DNA of 63,628 bases, counting the filler. It is 4 parts of 4 records of this genome, joined end to end, with 100 filler letters (N's around TTAATTAATTAA, not from the genome) between each part and the next. Parts side by side here need not be neighbours in the genome. Positions count along the whole stretch, not along the records: positions 1 to 18,395 come from DRR723986_5470; 3 more parts are not named here. One strand, given 5' to 3'. Shown here one piece after another: positions 1 through 10,004 of the stretch. How positions within the stretch are numbered: the first letter of the stretch is position 1; each line of letters begins with the position of its first letter. The position numbers were made by a program, and so were the translations under genes. The notes under the pieces are model-generated. The model was not told the origin of the DNA, made no database searches, and saw only the letters and a list, made by a program, of their open reading frames with translations.

Positions 1-828
1 GCCCAGGCCGCCTTCGATATATTCTTGGCCCTCGCCGCCATCGATCAGGTCGTTGCCGGTGCCACCGCGCAGATTGTCATCGCCCAGGCCACCGAAAATG
101 CTGTCGTTGCCATCTTGCGCGTCGATGAAATCATCGCCCAATTCGCCAAACAGCACGTCATCGCCGGTGCCTGCGAAAATGCCATCGTTGCCAGCACCAC
201 CGTAAACCGTGTCATTGCCCCCGCCCGCATCGATAAAATCGCCGCCACCCCGGCCATCGATCACATCATTGCCTGCGGTTACGGGCGTGCCGTTGCTGTC
301 GGTCGTGCCGGGGGTAAAGGTGTTGTTCGTGTTCGTGCCCGTGACCCCGTTATCAAAGGCGCCAGTGGGGCGGTCGGCGGTCAAGCCGCTGCCTTGGGTG
401 CCCAGGCTGTCAAAGCTGATGGCACGAATGGGGGCCGCGCCCAAAACCGCCTGGGTGGCAGGATCGCTGGCCAGTTCCGGCACCAGGAACAAATCACCGC
501 TGGTGGCTTGCAGCACTTTGGCCGTAACGGTGGCGGTAGTGCCATCCATATAAGTTAGCGTGGCGGTATAAACGCCCACGCCATCGGTGATATACACCGT
601 GCCATCAACGCGAAACCGATCAGACAGCGCGCTGTTATTCACATCATAGGTTGCCCCCACCGACCCCACGGGTGACAGGCTTTGAATGTTGCGAAACAGC
701 GGATCTTCCAGCGTGCCAAAGCTGCTGCCCAGCAGGGCTGCCACCTGATCGTTGGTGGTGTTTCCCTCGGTCACATCGATTTCGATGCCGGGATTGCCCA
801 GATAAATCACATCAAATGTGGTGGCCAT
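1..828 (-). CDS. Partial (3'-truncated) RTX/hemolysin-type calcium-binding repeat protein, probably of the Rhodobacteraceae Hint-domain protein class
   Basis: Absent from the ORF track because it runs off the edge. Manual translation from the ATG at 828 gives [23 protein letters not shown]... and later GGxGxDxLx-type nonapeptides ([36 protein letters not shown]). The Hint domain itself is not in the window. Confidence 0.85.
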   Translation of the reverse strand, partial: MATTFDVIYLGNPGIEIDVTEGNTTNDQVAALLGSSFGTLEDPLFRNIQSLSPVGSVGATYDVNNSALSDRFRVDGTVYITDGVGVYTATLTYMDGTTATVTAKVLQATSGDLFLVPELASDPATQAVLGAAPIRAISFDSLGTQGSGLTADRPTGAFDNGVTGTNTNNTFTPGTTDSNGTPVTAGNDVIDGRGGGDFIDAGGGNDTVYGGAGNDGIFAGTGDDVLFGELGDDFIDAQDGNDSIFGGLGDDNLRGGTGNDLIDGGEGQEYIEGGLG

Positions 829-1036
829 ATGCCTGCCCTTTGCCTACTCTGGCAGGGTGCACGCCGTGGGCCATGCCAACTATCGTGGCAGGTTAGCCAA
901 GCATTTACAAATACTTAGCCCCTATTAAATGGTCACCGGGGCCAAGCCCCTTGGGCACACCCCTGCACCCTCGTGGCCAAAGAACCAGCCAATCGTGGCA
1001 AGAATAAGGAAAATTTAGCCCAAATTGTAAAAATGA

Positions 1037-2254
1037 TCAAGATTTGGCAACAATAGCGCCGCCCCCTTGGCCGGCCAGCGGGCGTTGCAGCAGCGCAACC
1101 AATGCCCCCAGCACCAAGACGCCTGCCGCCGCCAACAGGCTGGTGCCAATGCTGCCCGCCCAATCGCCCACCAGCCCCGCCCCATAGGGGCCAAGGGTTT
1201 GCGCCACGGCAAACACCACCGTGAACGTGCTGATCGCCTGCCCCCAGATGGCCGCGGGCAGGTTTTGGCGCACGAAATTTGTCACAGCCCCAGGCGCCAT
1301 AAACACGCATAGGCCAAACACCACCGCCGAGATCAGCAAGGCCGGGCCGCTGGGCAAAACCACCGGCAATGCCGATCCCAGCGCGATGCCCAGCAAAATC
1401 AGGCACAAGGGCACACCATTGGCAAAGCGCGCAAAGACCGGCCGCCAGATCAGGGGCGAGAGCGATATGCACAGGCCCAACACCACCCAAACCAGCGCGA
1501 TAAACCCGGCGCTGGTGGCCTGTGCGGTCATCCAGGCCGACAGGAACGTCAGATAAACGATATAGCCCAGCCCAAACCCCGCATAGCCGCCAAACATCGT
1601 CAGCATCTGGCGCTTAGGCAGGGCGGTGCGGGCGGGGCGATGCGCCTGCGGGGGGGGCCGCATTTGCCAGCCGGCCCATATGCCCAAGGGCACGAAAACA
1701 CAGCTGCAAAGCCCAATCAACACCCAGCCCATGGGCCACCACCCCGGGCCATAAAGCGCCAGCATTGGTGGCAAAACCGCCCCCGCCAAAACAATGCCCA
1801 AACCACCGCCCGTGCCAAACAAGATCGCAATGGCCAAGGCATTGCGCCGGGGGTCATCGGCAAATAGCCCCGCCGTCAGGGCGCCCGCGGTGGAAAACGA
1901 CATGGCGCCAAACACCCCTGCCAGCACACGCCACAGGGTTTGCCACCACAGCGCGGCATCCAGCCCCGTGGCCAATAGCGCCAGCGCCGTGCACCCCAGC
2001 CCCGCCACAAACAACCGCGAGGGCGAAACACGGCGAATGGCCAGCATTGTGCCCACCGCGCCCAGAATATAGCCAAAGGCATTGGCGGTGTTCAGCCAGC
2101 CCGCTTGCGCATAGCCCCAGCCCATTTCAACCTGCATTGCGGGCAACAGCAGCCCATAGGCAAAGCGCGCAAAGCCGTTGGTGACTGTCACGCCCAGGGT
2201 GAGGCCCAGCAACACCAACCACTGGCGGCTGTTTGAAAGGGGGGCCGCGCTCAT
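1037..2254 (-). CDS. YbfB/YjiJ-family MFS transporter
   Basis: GFARFAYGLLLPAM...AGWLNTANAFGY motif and about 12 hydrophobic helices. Start trimmed to the ATG at 2254. Confidence 0.85.
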   Translation of the reverse strand: MSAAPLSNSRQWLVLLGLTLGVTVTNGFARFAYGLLLPAMQVEMGWGYAQAGWLNTANAFGYILGAVGTMLAIRRVSPSRLFVAGLGCTALALLATGLDAALWWQTLWRVLAGVFGAMSFSTAGALTAGLFADDPRRNALAIAILFGTGGGLGIVLAGAVLPPMLALYGPGWWPMGWVLIGLCSCVFVPLGIWAGWQMRPPPQAHRPARTALPKRQMLTMFGGYAGFGLGYIVYLTFLSAWMTAQATSAGFIALVWVVLGLCISLSPLIWRPVFARFANGVPLCLILLGIALGSALPVVLPSGPALLISAVVFGLCVFMAPGAVTNFVRQNLPAAIWGQAISTFTVVFAVAQTLGPYGAGLVGDWAGSIGTSLLAAAGVLVLGALVALLQRPLAGQGGGAIVAKS

Positions 2255-2406
2255 GATGATGGTGCCACTGCCGTTGCCTTTGCTTTTACCTTGGTCACTG
2301 CCCTGCCCCTGCTTTTGCCGCGCTGTGCTGTGTTGTGCTGTGCTGTGCGGCAAAGGCAGGCTGCACCCGGATTTAGGTGCTGGCAAGCGCTATTTGGCGC
2401 AGGGGC

Positions 2407-3150
2407 TTAGCAGGAAAACAACCGCCCCGGCGCCCAGGCCGTATAGGCGCCGGCACCACGCGCCATGTGCCATGCCAGCACCTGGTTGCTCGATAGCGCG
2501 GGCAGGCCGGTTTCGGCCTCGATCTCGGTGATGACATCCAAGGTGCGCAAATTGGTGCAAGACATAAACACCGCATCCACATCGCCTGTGCCCGCCAATT
2601 CCAGCGCTGCCGCCTTGATCGAGGCCGGATCGATCCGCGCCACCCGCTCTTCCACCTCTTCGCCAAAAGACAGCGTGTGCGGCACCTGATGGCCCGCACC
2701 GCGAAACGCATCGGCCAAGGGCCCCGCCACCGAGGCGATATAGGGCGAGACAATCCCCACCCGCGCAATCCCAAGCGCCGACAGCGCCGCCAAAGCCGCG
2801 CTAAGCGGGTTTGTCACCATATGCGTGCGCACCGCCCCGCCCACCAAAGCTGCCACGGTATCGGGGCCAATCAGCGTGCTGCCCGAGGTGCAGCCATAGC
2901 CCACCGCCCCAAACTGCGCGGCAGGCGGCAAAAGGGCCGCGGCACTGGGCAGATGGTTGCGCATTTCGGTCAGCGTGTCCGGCGTGACCGTATCGCCCGA
3001 GGGCACCCGCGTGACATGCAAGGCCACATCGGGCATGGCAAAGATGCGGCGAAAATCCTGCTCTAGCGTTTCATCCGTTTGCAGCACGATCAAGCCCAGC
3101 GTTTTGGCGCCGATGGGCCCGGTTAACTGATAGGGAAAATTGGGCCGCAT
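2407..3150 (-). CDS. Asp/Glu racemase / maleate cis-trans isomerase family protein (EutA-like)
   Basis: LGLIVLQTDETLE N-terminus and catalytic Cys pair in YGCTSGS and FMSCTNLR. Confidence 0.85.
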   Translation of the reverse strand: MRPNFPYQLTGPIGAKTLGLIVLQTDETLEQDFRRIFAMPDVALHVTRVPSGDTVTPDTLTEMRNHLPSAAALLPPAAQFGAVGYGCTSGSTLIGPDTVAALVGGAVRTHMVTNPLSAALAALSALGIARVGIVSPYIASVAGPLADAFRGAGHQVPHTLSFGEEVEERVARIDPASIKAAALELAGTGDVDAVFMSCTNLRTLDVITEIEAETGLPALSSNQVLAWHMARGAGAYTAWAPGRLFSC

Positions 3151-4316
3151 TACGATATCTCCGGCAGGGTTTCAGGGGCGCGGGGCGACAGCAATTCGCA
3201 GCCCCCCTCGCGCAGCACGATGTTTTCCTCATGCACCAGAATGCGCGATCCACTGCCCAAGGCAACCCCCGGTTCCAGCGTCAGCACCATGCCCGCGCGC
3301 AGCGGCGTTGTGTCTTGCGGGGTGAACGAGGGCCATTCCGTCAGCGTCACGCCCAAGCCATGGCCCAGCCGCCCGCCACCGGGCTGGGCGCCGTGTTTTA
3401 CGATCTCGTCGCTGAGCATTTGATGCACATCGCAGGCACGCATGCCCGGGCGCAGGCGGTGCAGCACGGCTTCGGTGGCCTGCCAAAGGGCGGCATGGGC
3501 CTGTGTGACTTCGGTGTTGGCGGGGCCGATGCTGTAATTGCGATCAAAGTCGCAAAAATACCCGTCGCGCACGGCGCCGGTATCCAGCATCAGCACATCG
3601 CCCGCAGCCAGCGGCGTGGGCCCGGCAGGCGAGATCACATCGCCATAGCCCCCCTGCCCGGCCGCCCCCGCCACGTAAGACACCCAATCAGCCCCCTCCT
3701 CTAGCAGGGCCATTTGAAAGCGGCGAAACACCTGATCCAGCCCCGCGCCCTGCTGGGCAAATTCCGGCACCCGGTCAAACGCGCGCCCGGCCAGCGCACA
3801 GCTGGCGCGGATTTTGGCGATTTCCGCCTCGGATTTAATCTCGCGCACGCGGTGCACGGTATGGGTGGCATCCACAAACTGGCGCGGCGCCACGCCCGCC
3901 TCGACGCGCCGAAAATCGGCCAAGGGCATGCGCAGATGGGTTTCCAGCCCCATTGGCAGGCCGATGCGCCCATGGCCTGGCACCAGCTGGGCCAGGGTAT
4001 CTGCCAACAGGCTGACACCGTCATCGCCGGGCATCGGGGCGGGCCAGGTGCGGATATCTTGCACCCAGCTGCGCCCCATCAGATCGGCCCCGATGGCAGG
4101 TATCACCGCCACTGGCGCGCCTTGGGCTGGCACCACCACAAACCACGGGCGCGCCGGGCTTTCCCAAAACCGCGTTAAAAACCCCGTGACATAAAAGATA
4201 TCGGCCGCCGCGCTGAGCAGCAGCGCATCCAGCCCATCGGCCTGCATCTGCCGCTGCAATCGATCGGTGCGGGCCTGAAATTCGGCCGCGGGAAAAACCA
4301 GGCTGCGCGCGCTCAT
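3150..4316 (-). CDS. M24 family (Xaa-Pro) peptidase
   Basis: Creatinase-like N-domain, REIKSEAEI linker, and metal-ligand motifs DTG..GYFCDFDR, HGLG, TLEPG, HEEN. Confidence 0.9.
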   Translation of the reverse strand: MSARSLVFPAAEFQARTDRLQRQMQADGLDALLLSAAADIFYVTGFLTRFWESPARPWFVVVPAQGAPVAVIPAIGADLMGRSWVQDIRTWPAPMPGDDGVSLLADTLAQLVPGHGRIGLPMGLETHLRMPLADFRRVEAGVAPRQFVDATHTVHRVREIKSEAEIAKIRASCALAGRAFDRVPEFAQQGAGLDQVFRRFQMALLEEGADWVSYVAGAAGQGGYGDVISPAGPTPLAAGDVLMLDTGAVRDGYFCDFDRNYSIGPANTEVTQAHAALWQATEAVLHRLRPGMRACDVHQMLSDEIVKHGAQPGGGRLGHGLGVTLTEWPSFTPQDTTPLRAGMVLTLEPGVALGSGSRILVHEENIVLREGGCELLSPRAPETLPEIS

Positions 4317-5356
4317 TGCACGGGCCCCTCGCTGACAAAGGCCAGCACGCAGGCATCAGGCCCCAGATCAAGCCCCGACAACAGCGCCGCCACCCCCGCC
4401 CCGCCCGAGGGCGACGTGGCCAGCCCCAGATCGCCCATGCGCGCGATGGCGCTATGCGCCTCGGCCTCGCTGAGCGTGACAAACACATCGGCATCGCGCG
4501 ACAGCCCCGCCAGGGCAATCATCGAGGGGGTTTTACAATCGAGCCGCCCCATATCAGATACCGGCCCCTCGGTGGTGGTGATCGCCCCTGCACGGATGCT
4601 TTCGATCAGGGCTGGCGCGGCATCAGGTTCGACCACGATGATCTCTGGCCCATCGCCCCATTGCGCACGGGCATGGGCCGCCACCGCCCCCGCCAAACCA
4701 CCCACGCCTGCCTGCAGCAAAATATGCGTGGGCGGCTGGGGCATTTGCCGCGCAGCTTCGGCGGCCATTTGCACATAGCCCTCCATCACACGCAGCGGCA
4801 GATCATGATAGCCCGGCCACGAGCTGTCAGACAGCAAGGTATGGCCCGCGGCGGCGGCGGCACTGGCGGCCGCCTCCATGCTGTCCTCGTAGGTGGCGCC
4901 GGCCCGCACCACTGTGGCGCCAAAGCCCTGCAGACGGCTGGCGAAATCTGCAGGCACGGTTTCAGACAGGTAAATCACCGCCTGCGCGCCAAAGATGCGC
5001 GCACCAGCGGCCACGCTTAGCCCATGATTGCCGGCGCTGGCGGTTACAAAAACCCGCCCCGCCAGGGCCTGCGCCCATTGATCGCCCTCTACCGCTTGCG
5101 CCGCCAATCGCGCAATGGCGTAGGCCGCGCCAAGCGCCTTGAAACTGCCCAAGCCCATACGCCCGCGTTCGTCTTTGACATAAAGCGCCCCCACGCCCGC
5201 CGCTTGCGCCAAATCGGGCAGGGCCAAAAGCGGCGTTTCGCTATGGGCCGGGCATCGCGCCAACAGCTGCGCCGGGCCTTGAGCGCTGGCAATGGGCAGC
5301 GGCGCCAGCCCGGCAATACCCTGCCCGCGATAGGGGTTATCTAAACGTTTTTGCAT
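4313..5356 (-). CDS. Diaminopropionate ammonia-lyase-like PLP enzyme (fold type II)
   Basis: VKDERGRMGLGSFKALG (PLP lysine), ASAGNHG, SDSSWPGY, QAGVGGLA. Start trimmed to the ATG at 5356. Confidence 0.85.
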   Translation of the reverse strand: MQKRLDNPYRGQGIAGLAPLPIASAQGPAQLLARCPAHSETPLLALPDLAQAAGVGALYVKDERGRMGLGSFKALGAAYAIARLAAQAVEGDQWAQALAGRVFVTASAGNHGLSVAAGARIFGAQAVIYLSETVPADFASRLQGFGATVVRAGATYEDSMEAAASAAAAAGHTLLSDSSWPGYHDLPLRVMEGYVQMAAEAARQMPQPPTHILLQAGVGGLAGAVAAHARAQWGDGPEIIVVEPDAAPALIESIRAGAITTTEGPVSDMGRLDCKTPSMIALAGLSRDADVFVTLSEAEAHSAIARMGDLGLATSPSGGAGVAALLSGLDLGPDACVLAFVSEGPVQ

Positions 5357-5540
5357 TGTGGCCCTTTCCTGCGTCTTGCCGCCCGATGCGGGCAGATTAG
5401 GGCAATGGGCCGGGCGGGAATGGTAAAATTCGCCCGTAACAGGGCCTAATTTTCGGCGCATCGGCATATTTTCGGCCGAAATCCGGCCCGCATGCAAACT
5501 ATCGCTTTGCAATGCGCGCGTTTTCGGCGCAAATCACGCA

Positions 5541-6017
5541 ATGGATCAGTTTGATGCCCGCATATTAGAGGCGCTGCAACACAATGCCCGCCTGACCGCC
5601 GAGGCGCTGGCGCAGCGCGTGGGCCTATCGCCCGATGCCTGCCGCAAACGGCTGGCGCGGCTGCGCGCGGGCGATGTGATTGCCGCCGAAGTGGCCATTT
5701 TGCGCCCCGAGGCCGTGGGCCGTGGGCTGATATTGATCGTCGAGGTCACGCTGCAAAGCGAACGGCTAACCGATATCGATCGGTTCAAGCGCCGCATGCA
5801 AGACGCCCCCGAGGTGATGCAATGCTATTATGTCACCGGAAACGCCGATTTCATCATGATCGTTTCCATGCGCGATATGGCCGATTACGAAGATTTCACC
5901 CGCCGCCATTTCTTTGCCGAAGAAAACATCGTGCGCTTTCGCACCAGCGCGGTGATGGATCGGGTTAAACAAGGGTTTTCCATGCCCATCACCCCCAGAA
6001 CAGGCCCCAAACCATGA
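5541..6017 (+). CDS. Lrp/AsnC family transcriptional regulator
   Basis: MDQFDARILEALQHNARL HTH and EVMQCYYVTGNADF RAM domain; divergent from the catabolic operon. Confidence 0.92.
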   Translation: MDQFDARILEALQHNARLTAEALAQRVGLSPDACRKRLARLRAGDVIAAEVAILRPEAVGRGLILIVEVTLQSERLTDIDRFKRRMQDAPEVMQCYYVTGNADFIMIVSMRDMADYEDFTRRHFFAEENIVRFRTSAVMDRVKQGFSMPITPRTGPKP

Positions 6018-6679
6018 CCTCGAAAACCGCCCTGCAGGTGATATTGGAAGAATTGCAACCCATGACAGGCACATCGCTGCTGGATATTGGCTGTGGCAAG
6101 GGTGGCTTGGCGGGCCCGTTGCGCCAGGCGGGGGCCATTTGGCATGGGTTAGATCCGGCCGCAGACCCGGCGCACCCCGACATCGATTGCGCCCCGGCCG
6201 AAGACATGCCCTACCCCGACGCCAGTTTTGATTTTGCCATCTGTGTCAATGCACTGCACCATGTTCCGCTGGCCCATATGGGCGCGGCACTGGATCAGGC
6301 CGCGCGGGTGTTGCGCCCCGCGGGGCAGCTTTTGGTGATCGAGCCGCAGGCCCATGGCGCGCTCAGCCAGGTGATTGCGGTGATCGATGACGAGACCGAA
6401 ATACGCCTGGCCGCGCAAACCGCCATGGATCACTGCCGCAGCCTGCGCCAGCTGCGCCGCTTTGAATACCCGCGCACCGAAACCTACCCCAGTTTCGAGG
6501 CGTTTTGCGACAGCCTGCAACAGATCGCCCCCGAACGCGCGCCCTCTATTGCCAGCAAGCGCGCAGAGCTGGCCGCGGCCTTTGCAGCCCAGGCCTATCC
6601 TGTGGGCGAAAACAGCACCACCCCTGCCCTTTGGGCGCTGCACCAGCCCATGTCGGCCCGGCTGTTTACGCCCGCTTAA
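6014..6679 (+). CDS. Class I SAM-dependent methyltransferase
   Basis: LLDIGCGKG motif I, MPYPDASFD, ALHH, RVLRPAG. Confidence 0.88.
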   Translation: MTSKTALQVILEELQPMTGTSLLDIGCGKGGLAGPLRQAGAIWHGLDPAADPAHPDIDCAPAEDMPYPDASFDFAICVNALHHVPLAHMGAALDQAARVLRPAGQLLVIEPQAHGALSQVIAVIDDETEIRLAAQTAMDHCRSLRQLRRFEYPRTETYPSFEAFCDSLQQIAPERAPSIASKRAELAAAFAAQAYPVGENSTTPALWALHQPMSARLFTPA

Positions 6680-7626
6680 CCCCCGCCCACCGCGCCACCA
6701 GCTGTGGCGCGCGCGCCCGACCAGGCGCCTTTGGCCACCAGATCGGCCACCACCTGCGGCAATAGTTCAGCAATTGCCGATTGCGCCCGCGTCATCGGGC
6801 GGGCGGTGGGCTGGATCACATGCGCCCGCCGCCACAGGCCCGGGTCTGCGATGCGGCTGGTGCTGATCGTGCCCATGCGCGTTTCGGCCTGCACCGCGTA
6901 GGCAGGCAAGATCGAGGCGCCAAACCCCTCGGCCACAAGGCTTTTGATATTGGCGTAGGAATCGATCTCGATGCCCACCGTGGCGCTGGCCCCCTGGGCG
7001 CGAAACGCCTCGTCGATCAAATCACGCAGGCCATTGCCACGGCTGGGCAGCACCAAAGGCACGCCTTGCAAGCGCGCCAGCGCCGCCTTGGGCGGCATCG
7101 GCCATGCCTGCGCCCACAGGATCAGCAGCTCTTCCTCGAGCAATATATCAGATCGAAACCCCCGCTCTTGCAGCGGATGATACAAGATGGCCAGATCGAT
7201 TTTTCCCTCGCGCATCCAGCCCGAGATGAACCCGCTCATCGCCTCGGCAATGTGCAGGGTGATCTGCGGGTAGCGCAGGCGCGCGGCCTTGATCAGCGGC
7301 AGCGACACAAGCGCGCTGATCGTGCCCGGCAGGCCCAGCCGCACCACCCCCGCGGGGGCACCATCGAGGCTGCGAATATCGTCTTCGGTGCGGGCAATCT
7401 CGGCCAGGATATGACGCGCGCGTTCGGCCAATAGCTGCCCCGCCTCGGTTGGCATAACGCCGGTGCGCGTGCGCACCATCAAGCGGGTGCCAAGCTGCTC
7501 TTCCAGGCGGCGCAAATGCAACGACAGCGCCGGTTGCGCCACGTTCAGCACCTGCGACGCAGCTGTAACCGAGCCTTGTTGCGCAATCTCGTAGAAATAT
7601 CGCAGCTGTTTGGTATCAAGCGTCAT
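6676..7626 (-). CDS. LysR family transcriptional regulator
   Basis: LRYFYEIAQQGSVTAASQVLNVAQPALS HTH followed by a substrate-binding domain. Confidence 0.93.
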   Translation of the reverse strand: MTLDTKQLRYFYEIAQQGSVTAASQVLNVAQPALSLHLRRLEEQLGTRLMVRTRTGVMPTEAGQLLAERARHILAEIARTEDDIRSLDGAPAGVVRLGLPGTISALVSLPLIKAARLRYPQITLHIAEAMSGFISGWMREGKIDLAILYHPLQERGFRSDILLEEELLILWAQAWPMPPKAALARLQGVPLVLPSRGNGLRDLIDEAFRAQGASATVGIEIDSYANIKSLVAEGFGASILPAYAVQAETRMGTISTSRIADPGLWRRAHVIQPTARPMTRAQSAIAELLPQVVADLVAKGAWSGARATAGGAVGGG

Positions 7627-7647
7627 GGTGGCCACAGTGGTTTAGGT

Positions 7648-7662
7648 ATAACATTTCTGTAT
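7648..7662. promoter_or_regulatory. Putative LysR box (ATA-N9-TAT, i.e. T-N11-A)
   Basis: ATAACATTTCTGTAT lies between the divergent LysR and acyl-CoA dehydrogenase starts. Confidence 0.55.
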
Positions 7663-7746
7663 GCCAAGCATCTGATACATATATTTGCAAAATGGCAATC
7701 CCTGGCGCTAGGCTGGCCGGGCAGTGTTAGGAAAAGGCCGCGCCCG

Positions 7747-8907
7747 ATGAATTTTCTCGAAGACAGCTATCAAGATATCCGCCAAGGCGTGCGCGCCCTA
7801 TGCGCCCAATTTCCCGCCGAATATCACCGCAAGATCGACGAGGCGCGCGCCTATCCGGAAGAATTCGTATCCGCCCTGACAGCCGAGGGCTGGATGGCGG
7901 CGCTGATCCCCGAGGAATACGGCGGCGCAGGGCTGGGCCTGACCGAGGCCAGCGTGATCATGGAAGAAATCAACCGCGCCGGCGGCAATTCTGGGGCCTG
8001 CCACGGGCAGATGTATAACATGAACACGCTGGTGCATCACGGCAGCCCCGAACAAAAGGCACGAATTTTGCCAAAACTGGCCAGCGGCGAATTGCGTCTG
8101 CAATCGATGGGCGTGACCGAGCCCACCACCGGCACCGATACCACCAAGATCAAAACCACCGCGGTGAAAAAGGGCGATCGCTATGTGGTGAACGGCCAAA
8201 AGGTGTGGATTTCGCGGGTGCAGCACTCGGATCTGATGATCTTGCTTGCGCGCACCACCCCGCTGGCCGAGGTGCAGAAAAAATCCGAAGGCTTATCGAT
8301 TTTCCTGGTCGATATCAAACAGGCCATGGGCGCGGGCATGCAGGTGAAACCCATTGCCAATATGGTGAACCACGAAACCAACGAGCTGTTTTTCGACAAT
8401 CTGGAAATTCCCGCGGAAAACCTGATCGGCCAAGAGGGGCAAGGGTTTAGATACATCCTAACCGGCCTGAACGCCGAGCGCGCGCTGATTGCTGCGGAAT
8501 GCATCGGTGACGGCTATTGGTTCACCGATAAGGTGACAGACTATGTGAACACCCGCCAGGTGTTTGGCCGCCCCATTGGCCAAAACCAGGGCGTGCAATT
8601 TCCCATTGCCCAGGCCTATATCGATGTCGAGGCCGCCAATCTGATGCGCTACAAGGCCTGCGCGCTGTTTGATGCCGGCCGCCCCTGCGGGGCCGAGGCG
8701 AATATGGCCAAATATCTGGCAGCCGAGGCCAGCTGGAAGGCGGCGAATGCCTGCATTCAATACCACGGCGGGTTTGGCTTTGCCTGCGAATATGATGTCG
8801 AGCGCAAGTTCCGCGAAACCCGGCTCTATCAGGTCGCCCCGATTTCCACCAACCTTATCCTGTCTTACGTGGCCGAGCACGTGCTTGGCATGCCGAGGTC
8901 GTTTTGA
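7747..8907 (+). CDS. Acyl-CoA dehydrogenase family protein
   Basis: IPEEYGGAG, GVTEPTTGTD, NGQKVWIS, RQVFGRPIGQNQ, HGGFGF motifs. Start at ATG 7747. Confidence 0.93.
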   Translation: MNFLEDSYQDIRQGVRALCAQFPAEYHRKIDEARAYPEEFVSALTAEGWMAALIPEEYGGAGLGLTEASVIMEEINRAGGNSGACHGQMYNMNTLVHHGSPEQKARILPKLASGELRLQSMGVTEPTTGTDTTKIKTTAVKKGDRYVVNGQKVWISRVQHSDLMILLARTTPLAEVQKKSEGLSIFLVDIKQAMGAGMQVKPIANMVNHETNELFFDNLEIPAENLIGQEGQGFRYILTGLNAERALIAAECIGDGYWFTDKVTDYVNTRQVFGRPIGQNQGVQFPIAQAYIDVEAANLMRYKACALFDAGRPCGAEANMAKYLAAEASWKAANACIQYHGGFGFACEYDVERKFRETRLYQVAPISTNLILSYVAEHVLGMPRSF

Positions 8908-10004
8908 TGTTGCCGCTTCAGGGGGTCAAGGTGGTGGCGATCGAACAGGCGGTGGCGGCACCTTTTGCCTCGGCGCGGCTGGCAGATGCGGGCGCCGAGG
9001 TGGTGAAAATAGAACGCCCCGAGGGCGATTTCGCCCGCGGCTACGACAGCGTGGCGCGGGGGCAGGCCAGCTATTTTGTTTGGCTGAACCGCGGCAAAAG
9101 CAGCGTTACGCTGGATCTGGCGCGCCCGGGCCATAAACAGCAGCTCGAGGCGCTGATCGCCCAGGCCGATGTGATGGTGCAAAACCTAAAGCCCGGCGCG
9201 CTGGCCAAGCTGGGCTTTGCCACCGACCGGCTAAGGCGCGCCTATCCGGGTTTGATCACCTGCAGCATTTCGGGCTTTGGCGAGGCCGGCCCCATGGCCC
9301 ATCGCAAGGCCTATGACCTGCTTATTCAGGCCGAGGCGGGGCTGTGCTCGGTTACGGGGGGGCCAAACGAGCCCTCGCGCGTGGGCACATCGGTGGTTGA
9401 TATTGCCACCGGCGCCACCGCCTATGCCGCCATTCTCGAGGCGCTGATCCAGCGCGGGCGCAGTGGCAAGGGCACTGATATTTCGGTATCGATGTTTGAT
9501 GTCATCGCCGAATGGATGACGGTGCCCTTGTTAAACCACGAAGGCGGCCACAGCCCCAAACGTGTGGGCCTGGCGCACCCGTCGATCGCGCCCTATGGCG
9601 TCTTTACCCCTGCACAGGGCGCACCGATCTTGATTTCCATTCAATCCGACAGGGAATGGGCGGTGCTGTGCCAACAGTTTTTGAGCCAGCCCGAATTGGC
9701 CAATGACCCGCGCTTTGCCACCAATGTGGCGCGGGTTGAAAACCGCAGCGAAACCGATGCGCTGGTGGCCGCGGCCTTTGCCAAGCTCAGCGCCAGCGAT
9801 GCCATTGACCTATTGTCAAAGGCCAATATCGCCCTGGCATCGGTGAATGATATGGCCGGTTTGGCCGCGCATCCCCATCTGCGCCGCATTATCGTTGACA
9901 CGCCCGCAGGCCCCGTGGCCATGCCCGCCCCGGGCGCGCAGTTTGCAGACGCGCCGCGGCACTATGGCCCGGTGCCCGCGCTCAACCCGCTGTATCCCGA
10001 TTAA
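8907..10004 (+). CDS. CaiB/BaiF (family III) CoA transferase
   Basis: PLQGVKVV...LADAGAEVVKIE, LNRGKSSV, AYDLLIQAE. TGATG stop/start coupling to the upstream gene. Confidence 0.93.
   Translation: MLPLQGVKVVAIEQAVAAPFASARLADAGAEVVKIERPEGDFARGYDSVARGQASYFVWLNRGKSSVTLDLARPGHKQQLEALIAQADVMVQNLKPGALAKLGFATDRLRRAYPGLITCSISGFGEAGPMAHRKAYDLLIQAEAGLCSVTGGPNEPSRVGTSVVDIATGATAYAAILEALIQRGRSGKGTDISVSMFDVIAEWMTVPLLNHEGGHSPKRVGLAHPSIAPYGVFTPAQGAPILISIQSDREWAVLCQQFLSQPELANDPRFATNVARVENRSETDALVAAAFAKLSASDAIDLLSKANIALASVNDMAGLAAHPHLRRIIVDTPAGPVAMPAPGAQFADAPRHYGPVPALNPLYPD

Noticed and set aside
2322-2346. (GCTGT)5 microsatellite upstream of the MFS gene as a phase-variation switch
   Set aside because: Short, imperfect, and not clearly within a promoter or the true CDS.
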